Source of the DNA: Alphaproteobacteria bacterium
GTDB lineage: Bacteria > Pseudomonadota > Alphaproteobacteria > Rs-D84
NCBI GenBank assembly: GCA_017546265.1
Contig: JAFYXG010000012.1
Span: 4,249 to 68,248, forward strand
Direction: 5' to 3'
DNA length: 64,000 bases
In this document: piece after piece, positions 18,977-28,767 of the stretch
How the letters are laid out: the number at the start of each line of letters is the position of its first letter
Numbering within the stretch: position 1 is the stretch's first letter
The notes under the pieces: model-generated
What the model was told of the DNA's origin: nothing
What the model saw: the letters and a program-made list of their open reading frames with translations, nothing else
The model's database searches: none
Position numbers and translations under genes: made by a program

Positions 18977-21148
18977 TTATTTTTTTGCAACTTCTGCACC
19001 TGTCTTTTGGTCAATACCGACCATAGACATGCGGGTTTTGCCACGTTTGTCTGCCCCCAGATAGCGGACATAGACTGTGTCGCCTTCTTTTATCTTGGCG
19101 TCTTCAATTTTTGCCAAACGTTCACCTGTGATTTCAGAAATGTGAACCATGGCTTCGAACCCGTTCATGATTTTTACAAACAGACCAAAATCCTTCATGC
19201 CAGATACGATACCTTTGTAAATCTGACCAACCTCGGGTTCAGCAACGATATCTTTGATGCGTGCAATTGCCGCGTCCGCATCTTCTTTGGATACCGCCAT
19301 GATTTTAATGGAACCGTCATCTTCCAGGTCGATAATCGTGTTTGTTTCACGTACCAATGCCTGAATCACACTGCCACCCTTGCCAATTACTTCACGAACC
19401 TTGTCTGGGTTGATTTTCATTGTGTATGCCTGGGGTGCATATTCAGAAACAGATGCGCGTGGCTTTTTAATTGCCTTTTCAATCTTGCCCAAAATATGCA
19501 TACGGCCATCTTTTGCCTGGGCCAATGCACGTTCCATGATTTCAAATGTAATAGATGTGATTTTGATATCCATCTGCAGGGCTGTGATACCCTGGTCTGT
19601 ACCTGTCACCTTGAAATCCATATCGCCCAGGTGATCTTCGTCACCCAAGATATCGGTCAAAATTGCGTAATCATCGCCTTCTTTGATCAAGCCCATAGCA
19701 ATACCTGCAACTGGACGCTTCATAGGAACACCACCGTCCATCATCGCCAATGTCGCACCACATGTGGTCGCCATAGATGAAGAACCATTTGATTCCAAAA
19801 TGTCCGATACAATACGGATTACATAGTCAAATTCACTGCGTGTTGGAACCATTGGATGAACCGCACGCCATGCCAAATTACCGTGACCAATTTCACGACG
19901 ACCTGGGGACTTTAACCCTTTGCATTCGCCAACGGAATAACCCGGGAAATTATAGTTCAAGATAAAGTCACGTTCTTCGGATCCGTCCAAAGATTCAATT
20001 GGCAATGCATCTTTGCCACCGCCCAATGTCAATGATACCAGGGCCTGGGTTTCACCGCGTGTAAACAATGCAGAACCATGTGCACGTGGCAATACACCCA
20101 ATTCAATTTCAATCGGACGTACCGTTTTATTGTCACGGCCGTCAATACGTGGTTTGCCAGCCAAGATGTTGCCACGCATAATACGTGCAGTCAGATTTTC
20201 AATAACTTCGTCCGCCCATGATTCTAATGTTGATGTGGCACGTTCGGATTCTGGGAAAAATTCTGGGATACGTGCCTTGGCCGCAGCGTGAATGTTCGCC
20301 AATGTTTCCAAACGAACCAATTTTTCTTTTATCTGTAGTGCGGATTCAATCGCATCTGCAAACTGTTCAAAGTCGGATTCCATTGTCAATTGTTCTGATG
20401 TTTTTTCCGGTGTCGCCCAACGTTCTTTGCCCGCACGTTCTGCCAATTCGTTAATCGCGTTGATAACGGCCTGTTGTGCGTCAAAACCGAACTTCACAGC
20501 ACCCAAAACGGTTGCTTCGTCCAATTCGCCAATTTCTGATTCAACCATCAGCACACCATCACGTGTCGCAGCAACAACCAAATCCATCTCTGATTCTTCG
20601 GTCTGCTTTTTCGATGGGTTCAAGATATATTTACCGTCTGCATAACCAACACGTGCCGCACCAATTGGCCCCTGGAAAGGAACACCAGATAATGCCAAAG
20701 CTGCACTGGATGCAATCATTGCCAAAATGTCCGGCTGATTAACCTTGTCATAGGAAAATACCTGGGCGATAATCTGAACCTTGTTCTTAAACGTTTCTGG
20801 GAACAGGGGACGGATTGGACGATCAATCAATCGAGCTGTCAATGTTTCAGCGGTTGATGCCTTGCCCTCGCGTCTGTCGCGTGAACCAGGGATACGACCC
20901 GCAGATGCAAACTTTTCCTGATAATCAACAGTCAGTGGGAAAAAATCCTGACCTTCGACCGCAGATTTTTCCGCACATACCGTAGCCAACACCATTGTTT
21001 CACCCAATGTTGCCAAAACAGAGCCGTTCGCCTGTTTCGCCATGCGACCAGTTTCCAAACGAAGTTTTGTATCGCCGTATGGAATTTCAACAACAATCGG
21101 ATTATTTAATTTTGCTTTTTCTTCTTTCTTAAATAAGCCAAATACCAT
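18977..21148 (-). CDS. pnp: Polyribonucleotide nucleotidyltransferase
   Basis: DFFPLTVDYQE, RREIGHG, SNGSSSMA, DHLGDMDFK, KH and S1 domains. Confidence 0.98.
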   Translation of the reverse strand: MVFGLFKKEEKAKLNNPIVVEIPYGDTKLRLETGRMAKQANGSVLATLGETMVLATVCAEKSAVEGQDFFPLTVDYQEKFASAGRIPGSRDRREGKASTAETLTARLIDRPIRPLFPETFKNKVQIIAQVFSYDKVNQPDILAMIASSAALALSGVPFQGPIGAARVGYADGKYILNPSKKQTEESEMDLVVAATRDGVLMVESEIGELDEATVLGAVKFGFDAQQAVINAINELAERAGKERWATPEKTSEQLTMESDFEQFADAIESALQIKEKLVRLETLANIHAAAKARIPEFFPESERATSTLESWADEVIENLTARIMRGNILAGKPRIDGRDNKTVRPIEIELGVLPRAHGSALFTRGETQALVSLTLGGGKDALPIESLDGSEERDFILNYNFPGYSVGECKGLKSPGRREIGHGNLAWRAVHPMVPTRSEFDYVIRIVSDILESNGSSSMATTCGATLAMMDGGVPMKRPVAGIAMGLIKEGDDYAILTDILGDEDHLGDMDFKVTGTDQGITALQMDIKITSITFEIMERALAQAKDGRMHILGKIEKAIKKPRASVSEYAPQAYTMKINPDKVREVIGKGGSVIQALVRETNTIIDLEDDGSIKIMAVSKEDADAAIARIKDIVAEPEVGQIYKGIVSGMKDFGLFVKIMNGFEAMVHISEITGERLAKIEDAKIKEGDTVYVRYLGADKRGKTRMSMVGIDQKTGAEVAKK

Positions 21149-21188
21149 TTTTGTTTTCTCCTGATTTTTATTTAGTTTTCTTGTATTC

Positions 21189-21255
21189 GCAAAGAAAAAT
21201 TATTCATTCCTGGATTCTGCAAAAAAAATACAGAAAAGAACAATTTCTTCTTTGC
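21189..21255 (-). promoter_or_regulatory. Long stem-loop in the pnp 5' UTR (probable RNase III/PNPase autoregulatory leader)
   Basis: 21189-21205 and 21238-21255 form a ~17-bp imperfect stem with an inner TTCTGTA/TGCAGAA helix; promoter TTGAAA-16-TATAAT at 21290-21263 just upstream. Confidence 0.6.
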
Positions 21256-21303
21256 CCCATAAATTATAAAGCATATTTCAATCATTTCAAGTGTAAAGCC
21301 AAG

Positions 21304-21334
21304 AAAAAACCCGCCATTCGGCGGGATTTGTTTT
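21304..21334 (-). terminator. Intrinsic terminator after infB
   Basis: CCCGCC/GGCGGG stem followed by a U-tract on the minus strand. Confidence 0.8.
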
Positions 21335-23747
21335 ATATCTGGGCACGAACTTCTTCGACCTCGTAGCACTCTACACGGTCGCCTTCTTTCAAATCATTAT
21401 ACTTGTCAAAAGACATACCGAATTCTACACCACCGGATACTTCTTTGACCTCGTTCTTTTCGCGGCGAAGTTCTCCGATTTTACCGTCATAGATAACCAC
21501 GTTATTACGCAGTAAACGCACAAAGGCATCTTTCTTAATCGTGCCTTCGGTCATGCGACAGCCCGCAACGCGAATGCCCTTGCCCACGGTAAACAATGCA
21601 ATAACATCTGCATAGCCGATAAAGGTTTCACGCTTTTCTGGTGCCAGTTTACCAGACAGAATTTCCTTTAATTCATCAGTAATGCGATAAACAACACTGT
21701 GATAGCGGATATCTATGCCGTTGCCACGCGCCATATCGCGAACCGCAGAGTCCGCACGGACGTTAAACGCAATAATCACCGCACCAGATGCAGTCGCCAG
21801 ACGAATGTCGCCTTCGGTAATCTGACCAACACCAGATGATAATAATTCTACGCCTACCTTGTCCGTGTTGATGTCTTTTATCATGTCTGAAATGGCCTCG
21901 ACAGAACCCTGAACATCCGCACGTAAAATAATCGGCAATATCAACTTTTTCGTTTCATCACGTTTGGCAAACAATTCTTCCAAAGATGAACGTTTGACTG
22001 CGTTGGCCTTGTCCTTGGCCTTTTGTACACGATAGGCCGCAACTTCACGGGTTTGTGCCTCGGTCTCCATTACACGAAGCTCATCGCCCGCACCAGGCAC
22101 ACTGTTTAACCCCAGAACAACCGCAGGCTGACCAGGGCGAACAGACTTTACACGCTCTCCAAATGAATTTATCAAACCACGTACGCGACCAAATGTTTCG
22201 CCAACAACAAATACATCACCAATCTTTAATGTGCCCTGACGCATTAAAACTGTCGCAACCGCACCCAGACCTTTTTCCTGTTTCGCTTCGACCACATAGG
22301 CAACCGCAGACATGTCAGGATCCGCCTTTAATTCCATCATTTCTGCCTGAAGCAATATGGCCTCTTCCAATTTATCCAGACCAATGCGTTTGGTGGCAGA
22401 AATTTCAACACACTGAACGTCACCACCCATTTCTTCAACCTGAACCTCTTGCTGAAGCAGGTCTGTCTTTACACGCATCGGATTCGCCTGGGGCAAGTCT
22501 ATCTTGTTTATCGCAACAATAAACGGTACGTTCGCAGCACGTATGTGATTTATTGCCTCTATCGTTTGGGGCATAATCGAATCATTTGCCGCAACAACCA
22601 ATACGACTATGTCCGCCATCTGAGCACCACGAGCACGCATCGCAGTAAATGTCTCGTGACCTGGGGTGTCCAAAAATGTTATCATTTGACCAGACTGAGT
22701 CTTGACCTCGTACGAGGAGACGTGCTGGGTGATGCCACCCGCTTCGCCGGCGGCAACGTTCGCGTTGCGAAACGCGTCTAACAACGATGTTTTACCATGG
22801 TCTACGTGCCCCACAACAGTCACAACCGGTGCACGTGGTTTCAAATTTTCTGGATTGGGTTCACGTTCAAGGATGTCTGCATAAGGTTTTAACTCTACAC
22901 GCTTTACAGTCGCACCAAATTCACCAGCAATCAATTCTGCTGTGTCGGCGTCAATCGACTGATTCACAGAAACCATCATGCCCATTTCCATCAGTTTCTT
23001 GATAACATTTCCAGCCTTTTCTGCCATGGCCGCTGCCAGGTCTTTGACCGTTATCGCATCACCAAGATTTACAATACGTTCCACCTTTTGTGGGGCAGAA
23101 AATACAGCACGAGCCTTTTCACGGAAACGTTTCAAAGACGCCTCGGACCGGCGGCGGTTAGAACCGCGAATACCGATTTCATCATCGTCTTCGCCATCCC
23201 CCATAACAATGTCGTTCAAATGGATTTTGCCAGATTTTTTGAAATCTTTTTTAGAATTACCAAATTTCGGTGAACGAGTGTCTTCTTCGTCAGAATTACG
23301 ATTGTTTTTCCGAGATACTCCAGCAACCGCATTGTTCGTAAACACACGTGGCTGATGTGCAGAGACCGGCTTTTTCACAGGTTCTTCAGATATGTCTGAT
23401 GTCGCCGTTTCTTCTGCCACATTTTCACGAGCCGCCAATTGAGATTTTACACGTTCATATTCACGTGTTTCACGTTCAATTTCTGCAGCACGAGCCTGAC
23501 GGGCTGCTTCTTCTTCGGCAAGACGCTGTTTGCGTTCCTCTTCGCGGGCACGCGCCGCAGCCAATACAGCACGCAATTTTTCATCAGATACATTGTGTGC
23601 CTGTGCGGCCGGTGCAGCCGGTTCTTCACGCAATTCCTTGCTGCCGGGGGCAACAACACGGCGGCGGCGTTCTACAAACACCGCATCGCCCTTTTTGCTG
23701 CGAACAGCATCGGTTGTAACAGATTTTCCAAGTGTTAATGTCGCCAT
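21333..23747 (-). CDS. infB: Translation initiation factor IF-2
   Basis: GHVDHGKT, DTPGH, NKID; start moved to ATG 23747 (MATLTLGK). Confidence 0.97.
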   Translation of the reverse strand: MATLTLGKSVTTDAVRSKKGDAVFVERRRRVVAPGSKELREEPAAPAAQAHNVSDEKLRAVLAAARAREEERKQRLAEEEAARQARAAEIERETREYERVKSQLAARENVAEETATSDISEEPVKKPVSAHQPRVFTNNAVAGVSRKNNRNSDEEDTRSPKFGNSKKDFKKSGKIHLNDIVMGDGEDDDEIGIRGSNRRRSEASLKRFREKARAVFSAPQKVERIVNLGDAITVKDLAAAMAEKAGNVIKKLMEMGMMVSVNQSIDADTAELIAGEFGATVKRVELKPYADILEREPNPENLKPRAPVVTVVGHVDHGKTSLLDAFRNANVAAGEAGGITQHVSSYEVKTQSGQMITFLDTPGHETFTAMRARGAQMADIVVLVVAANDSIMPQTIEAINHIRAANVPFIVAINKIDLPQANPMRVKTDLLQQEVQVEEMGGDVQCVEISATKRIGLDKLEEAILLQAEMMELKADPDMSAVAYVVEAKQEKGLGAVATVLMRQGTLKIGDVFVVGETFGRVRGLINSFGERVKSVRPGQPAVVLGLNSVPGAGDELRVMETEAQTREVAAYRVQKAKDKANAVKRSSLEELFAKRDETKKLILPIILRADVQGSVEAISDMIKDINTDKVGVELLSSGVGQITEGDIRLATASGAVIIAFNVRADSAVRDMARGNGIDIRYHSVVYRITDELKEILSGKLAPEKRETFIGYADVIALFTVGKGIRVAGCRMTEGTIKKDAFVRLLRNNVVIYDGKIGELRREKNEVKEVSGGVEFGMSFDKYNDLKEGDRVECYEVEEVRAQI

Positions 23748-23790
23748 ATAAACAACTCCGTCAGTTATGTTTTCTTTCTTGTGTCTTATC

Positions 23791-25392
23791 TTATTCGTTA
23801 TCTTGCTTGATATCATACGCCAATTCACGTGCCTTCATGATAATTCGACTGGCCAAACGGTTGGACATATTGTCTTCGCCCAAGATTTCAACCAATTCAT
23901 CAGTCGATAAATCAGCTAAATCGGTTAAAGTCTTAATCCCAGACTGCCCCAGCTTCATGATGGTTGGACGCTTGATAAAATCAAATTTTAGCAAATCGTC
24001 TGTCATGCCAATTTGATGCCCCGATTCCAGATAATCATTTTCAATTTTGTCCAGATAGGCACGTGCACGTGTCTGCAATTCTGTCGCCAATTCTGTGTTA
24101 AAGCCTTCAATTGCCTCTAACTCGGACAGTTCAATAAATGCAATTTCTTCAACTGAACGGAAACCTTCGGTAATCAACAACTGGGCAATCATTTCATCAA
24201 CGTCCAGCGCACCAATGAATAATTCTGTCTTTTCTTTGAATTCTTTGGCACGGCTTTCTTGTTCTTGGGCCTCGTTCATGACGTCTATATGCCACCCCGT
24301 CAACTGAGATGCCAGACGGACGTTCTGACCGCGGCGACCAATCGCCAATGACTGCTGATCTTCGTTAACTACTACAACCGCACGATGTGTGTCTTCGTCA
24401 ACAATGATTTTTGCAACCTTGGCAGGATGCATCGCGTTAACAATATATGCCGCAGGATCTTCGGAATATGGAATAACGTCAATCTTTTCACCATGACATT
24501 CGTTGATAACGTTCTGGATACGTGCACCTTTCATACCAACAGTCATACCAACAGCATCAATAGATGGGTCTGTCGCTTCGACCGCAATTTTCGCGTGCGA
24601 ACCAGGATCACGGGCAACTGAACGTATCTTAATCAATCCTTCATAGATTTCAGGCACTTCCTGGACAAACAGTTTTTCCATAAACAGCGGATGTGTACGT
24701 GTCATGAAAATCTGTGGACCTGTATTAGAACGAACCACATCCAAAACCAATGCACGAAATACATCTTTGCCTTCTTCTTTGGCACCTTCTTTGCCAATCG
24801 GAGTTTTCAAAACCTCGCCAGGGATAATTTCACCACTTTTTAAGAAACCTTCGGAACGATAGGCCAATTTACCCTCGGTGTCTGTGTATTGGTTAATACC
24901 AACAACAACGTTGCCAAATTCTGAACGAATAGCACGAACAGTCAATATCTCGCCTATTTTTTCTTTGTTCTCTTCGTATTCGCGTTCTTTGGACGCATCA
25001 CGAACACGGGTGGAAATTATCTGCTTGGCCATCTGAAACGCCATGCGGCCAAATTCTGGCTCTGGCAATGCATCTTCTACAACATCGCCAACAACTGGAT
25101 TTGCAGAGTACTTTTTCGCCTGGGATACCGTCAACATAGTGGCAGGATCATATTCATCACCAGCAGATTCAGGCGATTCAATTACTGTAAACAAACGTTT
25201 TACATGAATAGAACCATCACGGCGATCAATAGTTGCTGTGATATTAAACTCTTCCCCGTATTTGTGTTTGGCTATCTTGGCAATCGCCGTTTCTAAACCT
25301 TCAAATACAATCTCGCGGTCAATCAGTTTGCGTTTCGATAATGATTCGATTTCCAGCAATAAATCCTGACGTGGCATAGATACAAAAGACAT
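23791..25392 (-). CDS. nusA: Transcription termination/antitermination factor NusA
   Basis: FGRMAFQMAKQ, S1-KH-KH (ARDPG, GMKGARIQ, AIGRRGQNVRLA), two C-terminal acidic repeats. Confidence 0.97.
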   Translation of the reverse strand: MSFVSMPRQDLLLEIESLSKRKLIDREIVFEGLETAIAKIAKHKYGEEFNITATIDRRDGSIHVKRLFTVIESPESAGDEYDPATMLTVSQAKKYSANPVVGDVVEDALPEPEFGRMAFQMAKQIISTRVRDASKEREYEENKEKIGEILTVRAIRSEFGNVVVGINQYTDTEGKLAYRSEGFLKSGEIIPGEVLKTPIGKEGAKEEGKDVFRALVLDVVRSNTGPQIFMTRTHPLFMEKLFVQEVPEIYEGLIKIRSVARDPGSHAKIAVEATDPSIDAVGMTVGMKGARIQNVINECHGEKIDVIPYSEDPAAYIVNAMHPAKVAKIIVDEDTHRAVVVVNEDQQSLAIGRRGQNVRLASQLTGWHIDVMNEAQEQESRAKEFKEKTELFIGALDVDEMIAQLLITEGFRSVEEIAFIELSELEAIEGFNTELATELQTRARAYLDKIENDYLESGHQIGMTDDLLKFDFIKRPTIMKLGQSGIKTLTDLADLSTDELVEILGEDNMSNRLASRIIMKARELAYDIKQDNE

Positions 25393-25435
25393 TTATATAC
25401 TCCTTTGCGTTGGTATGTCTTGCGTTGTCTTAGCG

Positions 25436-25463
25436 AAAGAGCGGGGTTTTGCCACCCCGCCCT
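25436..25463 (-). promoter_or_regulatory. Weak terminator/attenuator hairpin in the nusA leader
   Basis: Minus strand AGGGCGGGGT-GGCAAA-ACCCCGCTCTTT, ~45 nt upstream of the nusA ATG, with only a short U-tract. Confidence 0.6.
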
Positions 25464-25582
25464 TAAAAAATTATTTAAGAACGCTTTTTATTATAAACTC
25501 GAATCGCAAAAACGCAAGTAAAAAACCATAGTTATATAAATTTGTGGATTCTGAACAAAATCTTCTTTATAATCGTCCTGCT

Positions 25583-26626
25583 ATGATGAAACTGATTAAA
25601 TCTTTGTTTATGCCGGCGGCAAGTAAAACTACAGCCGGTGCGTTGGCGGTCAAATTTGGCCTGGAATTACGCGGAAATGCAAACGAACCTGTGCGGGGGG
25701 TCGCACCAATCGCAGATGCAAAAGCAGGACAGTTGGCCTTCTATTCAACAGAACAAAACAGTAATGCTTTCAAAATCCTGCCAATCGAAGTTCTGCAAAA
25801 AACACGGGCAACTGTTATTCTGGTTCAACCAGAACAAGCAAAGCACGCGCCAAAAAATGCTACACTGCTGATAACAGACAGCCCTCGTGGAAATATTGTT
25901 AAAATACTGGGCGAAATATATCGCGAAAAACCACGATTCGGTATCAGTAAAAATGCAAATATCGAACGCGGTGTGTTTTTTAGAAAAAAAAGAACTACAT
26001 ATGTCGGACAATTCGCAACTATCGAACGCGGGGCCGTTATCGAACCGGGTGCAAAAATATATCCGTATGCATATATCGGACGAAATGTTGTTATTGGAAG
26101 AAATACTATCGTACAAACAGGAGCTCATATTGAAAATGCAACTGTTGGTGCAGATTGTGTTATAAACGCAGGAGCTGTTATCGGTAAAGACGGTTTCGGA
26201 TATACCAGACAAAATGGAAAAAATATCTTTATCCCACATGTCGGAAGAGTGGTAATTGGTGAACGAGTGTCCGTTGGTGCAAATACGTGTATCGACCGCG
26301 GTGCTATGACCGATACAAAAATTGGTGACGGAACAAAAATTGACAATCTGTGCCAAATTGCACACGGTGTTGTCGTGGGGAATGAATGCTTTCTGGCCAG
26401 TGGTGTTGGATTGGCAGGCGGGGTGGTTGTTGGTGATCGTGCCTTACTGGGGGGACATGTGGGTGTCGCAAACGGTGTACATATCGGCAATGACGCTTCG
26501 GTTGGGGCAAACAGCGGCGTTTTCCGAAATATACCAGATGGCGAATCACATATGGGATACCCTGCGGGCCCAGGAATGGAATTTATGCGGCATTATGCAT
26601 GGTTAAAAAAACAAACAAAAAAATAA
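25583..26626 (+). CDS. lpxD: UDP-3-O-(3-hydroxyacyl)glucosamine N-acyltransferase
   Basis: Hexapeptide repeats, IGKDGFGY, CIDRGA, KIDNLCQIAH; start moved to ATG 25583. Confidence 0.93.
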   Translation: MMKLIKSLFMPAASKTTAGALAVKFGLELRGNANEPVRGVAPIADAKAGQLAFYSTEQNSNAFKILPIEVLQKTRATVILVQPEQAKHAPKNATLLITDSPRGNIVKILGEIYREKPRFGISKNANIERGVFFRKKRTTYVGQFATIERGAVIEPGAKIYPYAYIGRNVVIGRNTIVQTGAHIENATVGADCVINAGAVIGKDGFGYTRQNGKNIFIPHVGRVVIGERVSVGANTCIDRGAMTDTKIGDGTKIDNLCQIAHGVVVGNECFLASGVGLAGGVVVGDRALLGGHVGVANGVHIGNDASVGANSGVFRNIPDGESHMGYPAGPGMEFMRHYAWLKKQTKK

Positions 26627-26641
26627 TAAAGGCGGGATAAC

Positions 26642-27088
26642 ATGACCTTTGTGGCAAAAGAAATCGAAAAAATTATCCCACATCGTGGAAATATGCGACT
26701 GGTGGATGAAATTCGTGAATTTAACGGTACCAGTGCCGTTGGTGTAAAATATGTACGTGATGACGAATTTTGGTGCGATGGACACTTTCCTGGCAACCCA
26801 ATCATGCCAGGTGTTCTGCAGGTCGAAGCATTGGCACAAACCGCGTGCTTTGTCGCATTCAGCAGACTTAGCAATGAAGAACGTAAAGACATGCTGGGAT
26901 ATTTTACAACAATGGAAAAAATCAAATTTTCACATATGGTTCGACCAGGAGATAAACTGGATCTACATGTGGAATTGCTGATGACAAAAATGAGTTTATA
27001 TAAATTCCACGGTATCGCGTTTGTAGGCGAAAAAAAAGTAGCCGAGGCAACATTTACCGCCGTTCTGCAAAAAGTTCAAAAACAATAA
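26642..27088 (+). CDS. fabZ: 3-hydroxyacyl-ACP dehydratase
   Basis: IPHR, GHFPGNPIMPGVLQVEALAQ. Confidence 0.95.
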   Translation: MTFVAKEIEKIIPHRGNMRLVDEIREFNGTSAVGVKYVRDDEFWCDGHFPGNPIMPGVLQVEALAQTACFVAFSRLSNEERKDMLGYFTTMEKIKFSHMVRPGDKLDLHVELLMTKMSLYKFHGIAFVGEKKVAEATFTAVLQKVQKQ

Positions 27089-27090
27089 AC

Positions 27091-27116
27091 AAAAATCCCC
27101 TGTTCGGGGATTTTTT
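27091..27116. terminator. Bidirectional intrinsic terminator (fabZ/pyrG)
   Basis: AAAAATCCCC-TGTTC-GGGGATTTTTT. Confidence 0.85.
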
Positions 27117-28689
27117 ATTTCCGTTTTTTCGCCGCCGCCCCAATAAAGGCATTGAACAGAGGATGCCCAGAGTATGGGCCTGACTGGAATTCTGGATGAA
27201 ATTGGCCTGCAATGAAAAATGGATGATTTTTTAATTCTATTATCTCGGGCAATTTGCCGTCTGGACTGCGACCAGATATTATCAAACCAGCATCCGCAAA
27301 CCTCTCCTCAAGCGAGATATCCATTTCATAGCGATGACGATGACGTTCAGATATTCGAGTTGTGCCATATATGCTGTGTGCCAACGTGTCGGGTGTTATT
27401 TCACATGGATACGCACCCAGACGCAATGTGCCGCCATAATCGTCCGAATCATGGTCAGACATTATACCTATTACAGGTGTGCAGTCCTTGGTAAATTCGG
27501 TCGAGTTTGCATTTTCAATGCCTAATACATTGCGGGCAAACTCAATAACCGCGACCTGCATACCCAGACAAATCCCCATATATGGCACACCGTTTTCACG
27601 GGCAAAGCGAGCCGCAGCAACTTTACCGTCAACACCACGTGCACCAAACCCACCAGGAACCAAAATACCATCCATGTCAGAACAATTTTCGGGCGTAAAT
27701 GTTTCCGCATCTAGTTTGTGCAATTTTACATGTACATTGTTTTGAATACCTGCGTGAAACAATGCCTCGTTCAATGATTTATATGCGTCAGGTACATTAA
27801 AGTATTTCCCAACAATACCTATGTTCACAGTCGGCAAATCAACAGATAAATAATTCTCTATGCGTTCAAATCGCATCATATCCCCACGGGCATGAGGTAA
27901 ATCAAAGTGATCCGCAATTATGTCAAAAACATGCTGGGATTCATATGCCAATGGTATTTTATATATATTATCTACGTCTATGCCGCTGATAACACTTTTG
28001 GCAGGCAAATTACAGAACATACCTATTTTATCTCGCTCGGACGCGGTCAACATGCGAGGCGTACGAACAATCAACATGTCTGCCTGGATACCGTTTTCCA
28101 ATAATTCACGAGCAGACATCTGGGTCGGTTTTGTTTTTAACTCGCCAGATTTTTCTAAATACGGTGCCAATGTTAAATGCACAAACATAACATTATGACG
28201 ACCAACATCATTTGCAAACTGGCGTATGGATTCCAAAAATATTTTACCTTCGATATCGCCAACCGTGCCGCCGATTTCACAAACTACAAAGTCTGTGTCC
28301 GTTGGTGCAGATATGTATTCCTTTATCTTGTTCGATACATGCGGTATCATCTGGACGGTCGCACCCAAATAATCACCGTGACGTTCTGCATTCAATACAT
28401 CCCAATAAATGCGTCCACCAGACACAGAATCATTACGAGATAACTGTATACCTAGAAATCGCTCGTAATAACCTAAATCAAGGTCTGTTTCATATCCATC
28501 GTTTGTCACATAGACTTCGCCATGCTGAAACGGCGACATTGTGCCAGGATCTATGTTCAAATACGGGTCAAATTTTCGCGAATGAACCGTGTATCCACGC
28601 GATTGAAGAAGGGCGCCGCAGCCCGCCGCTGCAACGCCCTTGCCTAAACTTGATACTACACCACCAGTAATAAATATATATTTTGCCAT
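27115..28689 (-). CDS. pyrG: CTP synthase
   Basis: GGVVSSLGKG, KTKPTQ, GICLGMQ, QFHPEF. Confidence 0.98.
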   Translation of the reverse strand: MAKYIFITGGVVSSLGKGVAAAGCGALLQSRGYTVHSRKFDPYLNIDPGTMSPFQHGEVYVTNDGYETDLDLGYYERFLGIQLSRNDSVSGGRIYWDVLNAERHGDYLGATVQMIPHVSNKIKEYISAPTDTDFVVCEIGGTVGDIEGKIFLESIRQFANDVGRHNVMFVHLTLAPYLEKSGELKTKPTQMSARELLENGIQADMLIVRTPRMLTASERDKIGMFCNLPAKSVISGIDVDNIYKIPLAYESQHVFDIIADHFDLPHARGDMMRFERIENYLSVDLPTVNIGIVGKYFNVPDAYKSLNEALFHAGIQNNVHVKLHKLDAETFTPENCSDMDGILVPGGFGARGVDGKVAAARFARENGVPYMGICLGMQVAVIEFARNVLGIENANSTEFTKDCTPVIGIMSDHDSDDYGGTLRLGAYPCEITPDTLAHSIYGTTRISERHRHRYEMDISLEERFADAGLIISGRSPDGKLPEIIELKNHPFFIAGQFHPEFQSGPYSGHPLFNAFIGAAAKKRK

Positions 28690-28767
28690 AAAGTGCCCCC
28701 TTTATGTAATGGTATCTTAGGCAATTTTTATTTGCAGTGCAACGAAATAAATTCCTATACTGGGGTC

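Noticed and set aside
21151-21369. Small ORFs between infB and pnp
   Set aside because: They overlap a terminator, promoter and leader hairpin; low-complexity translations
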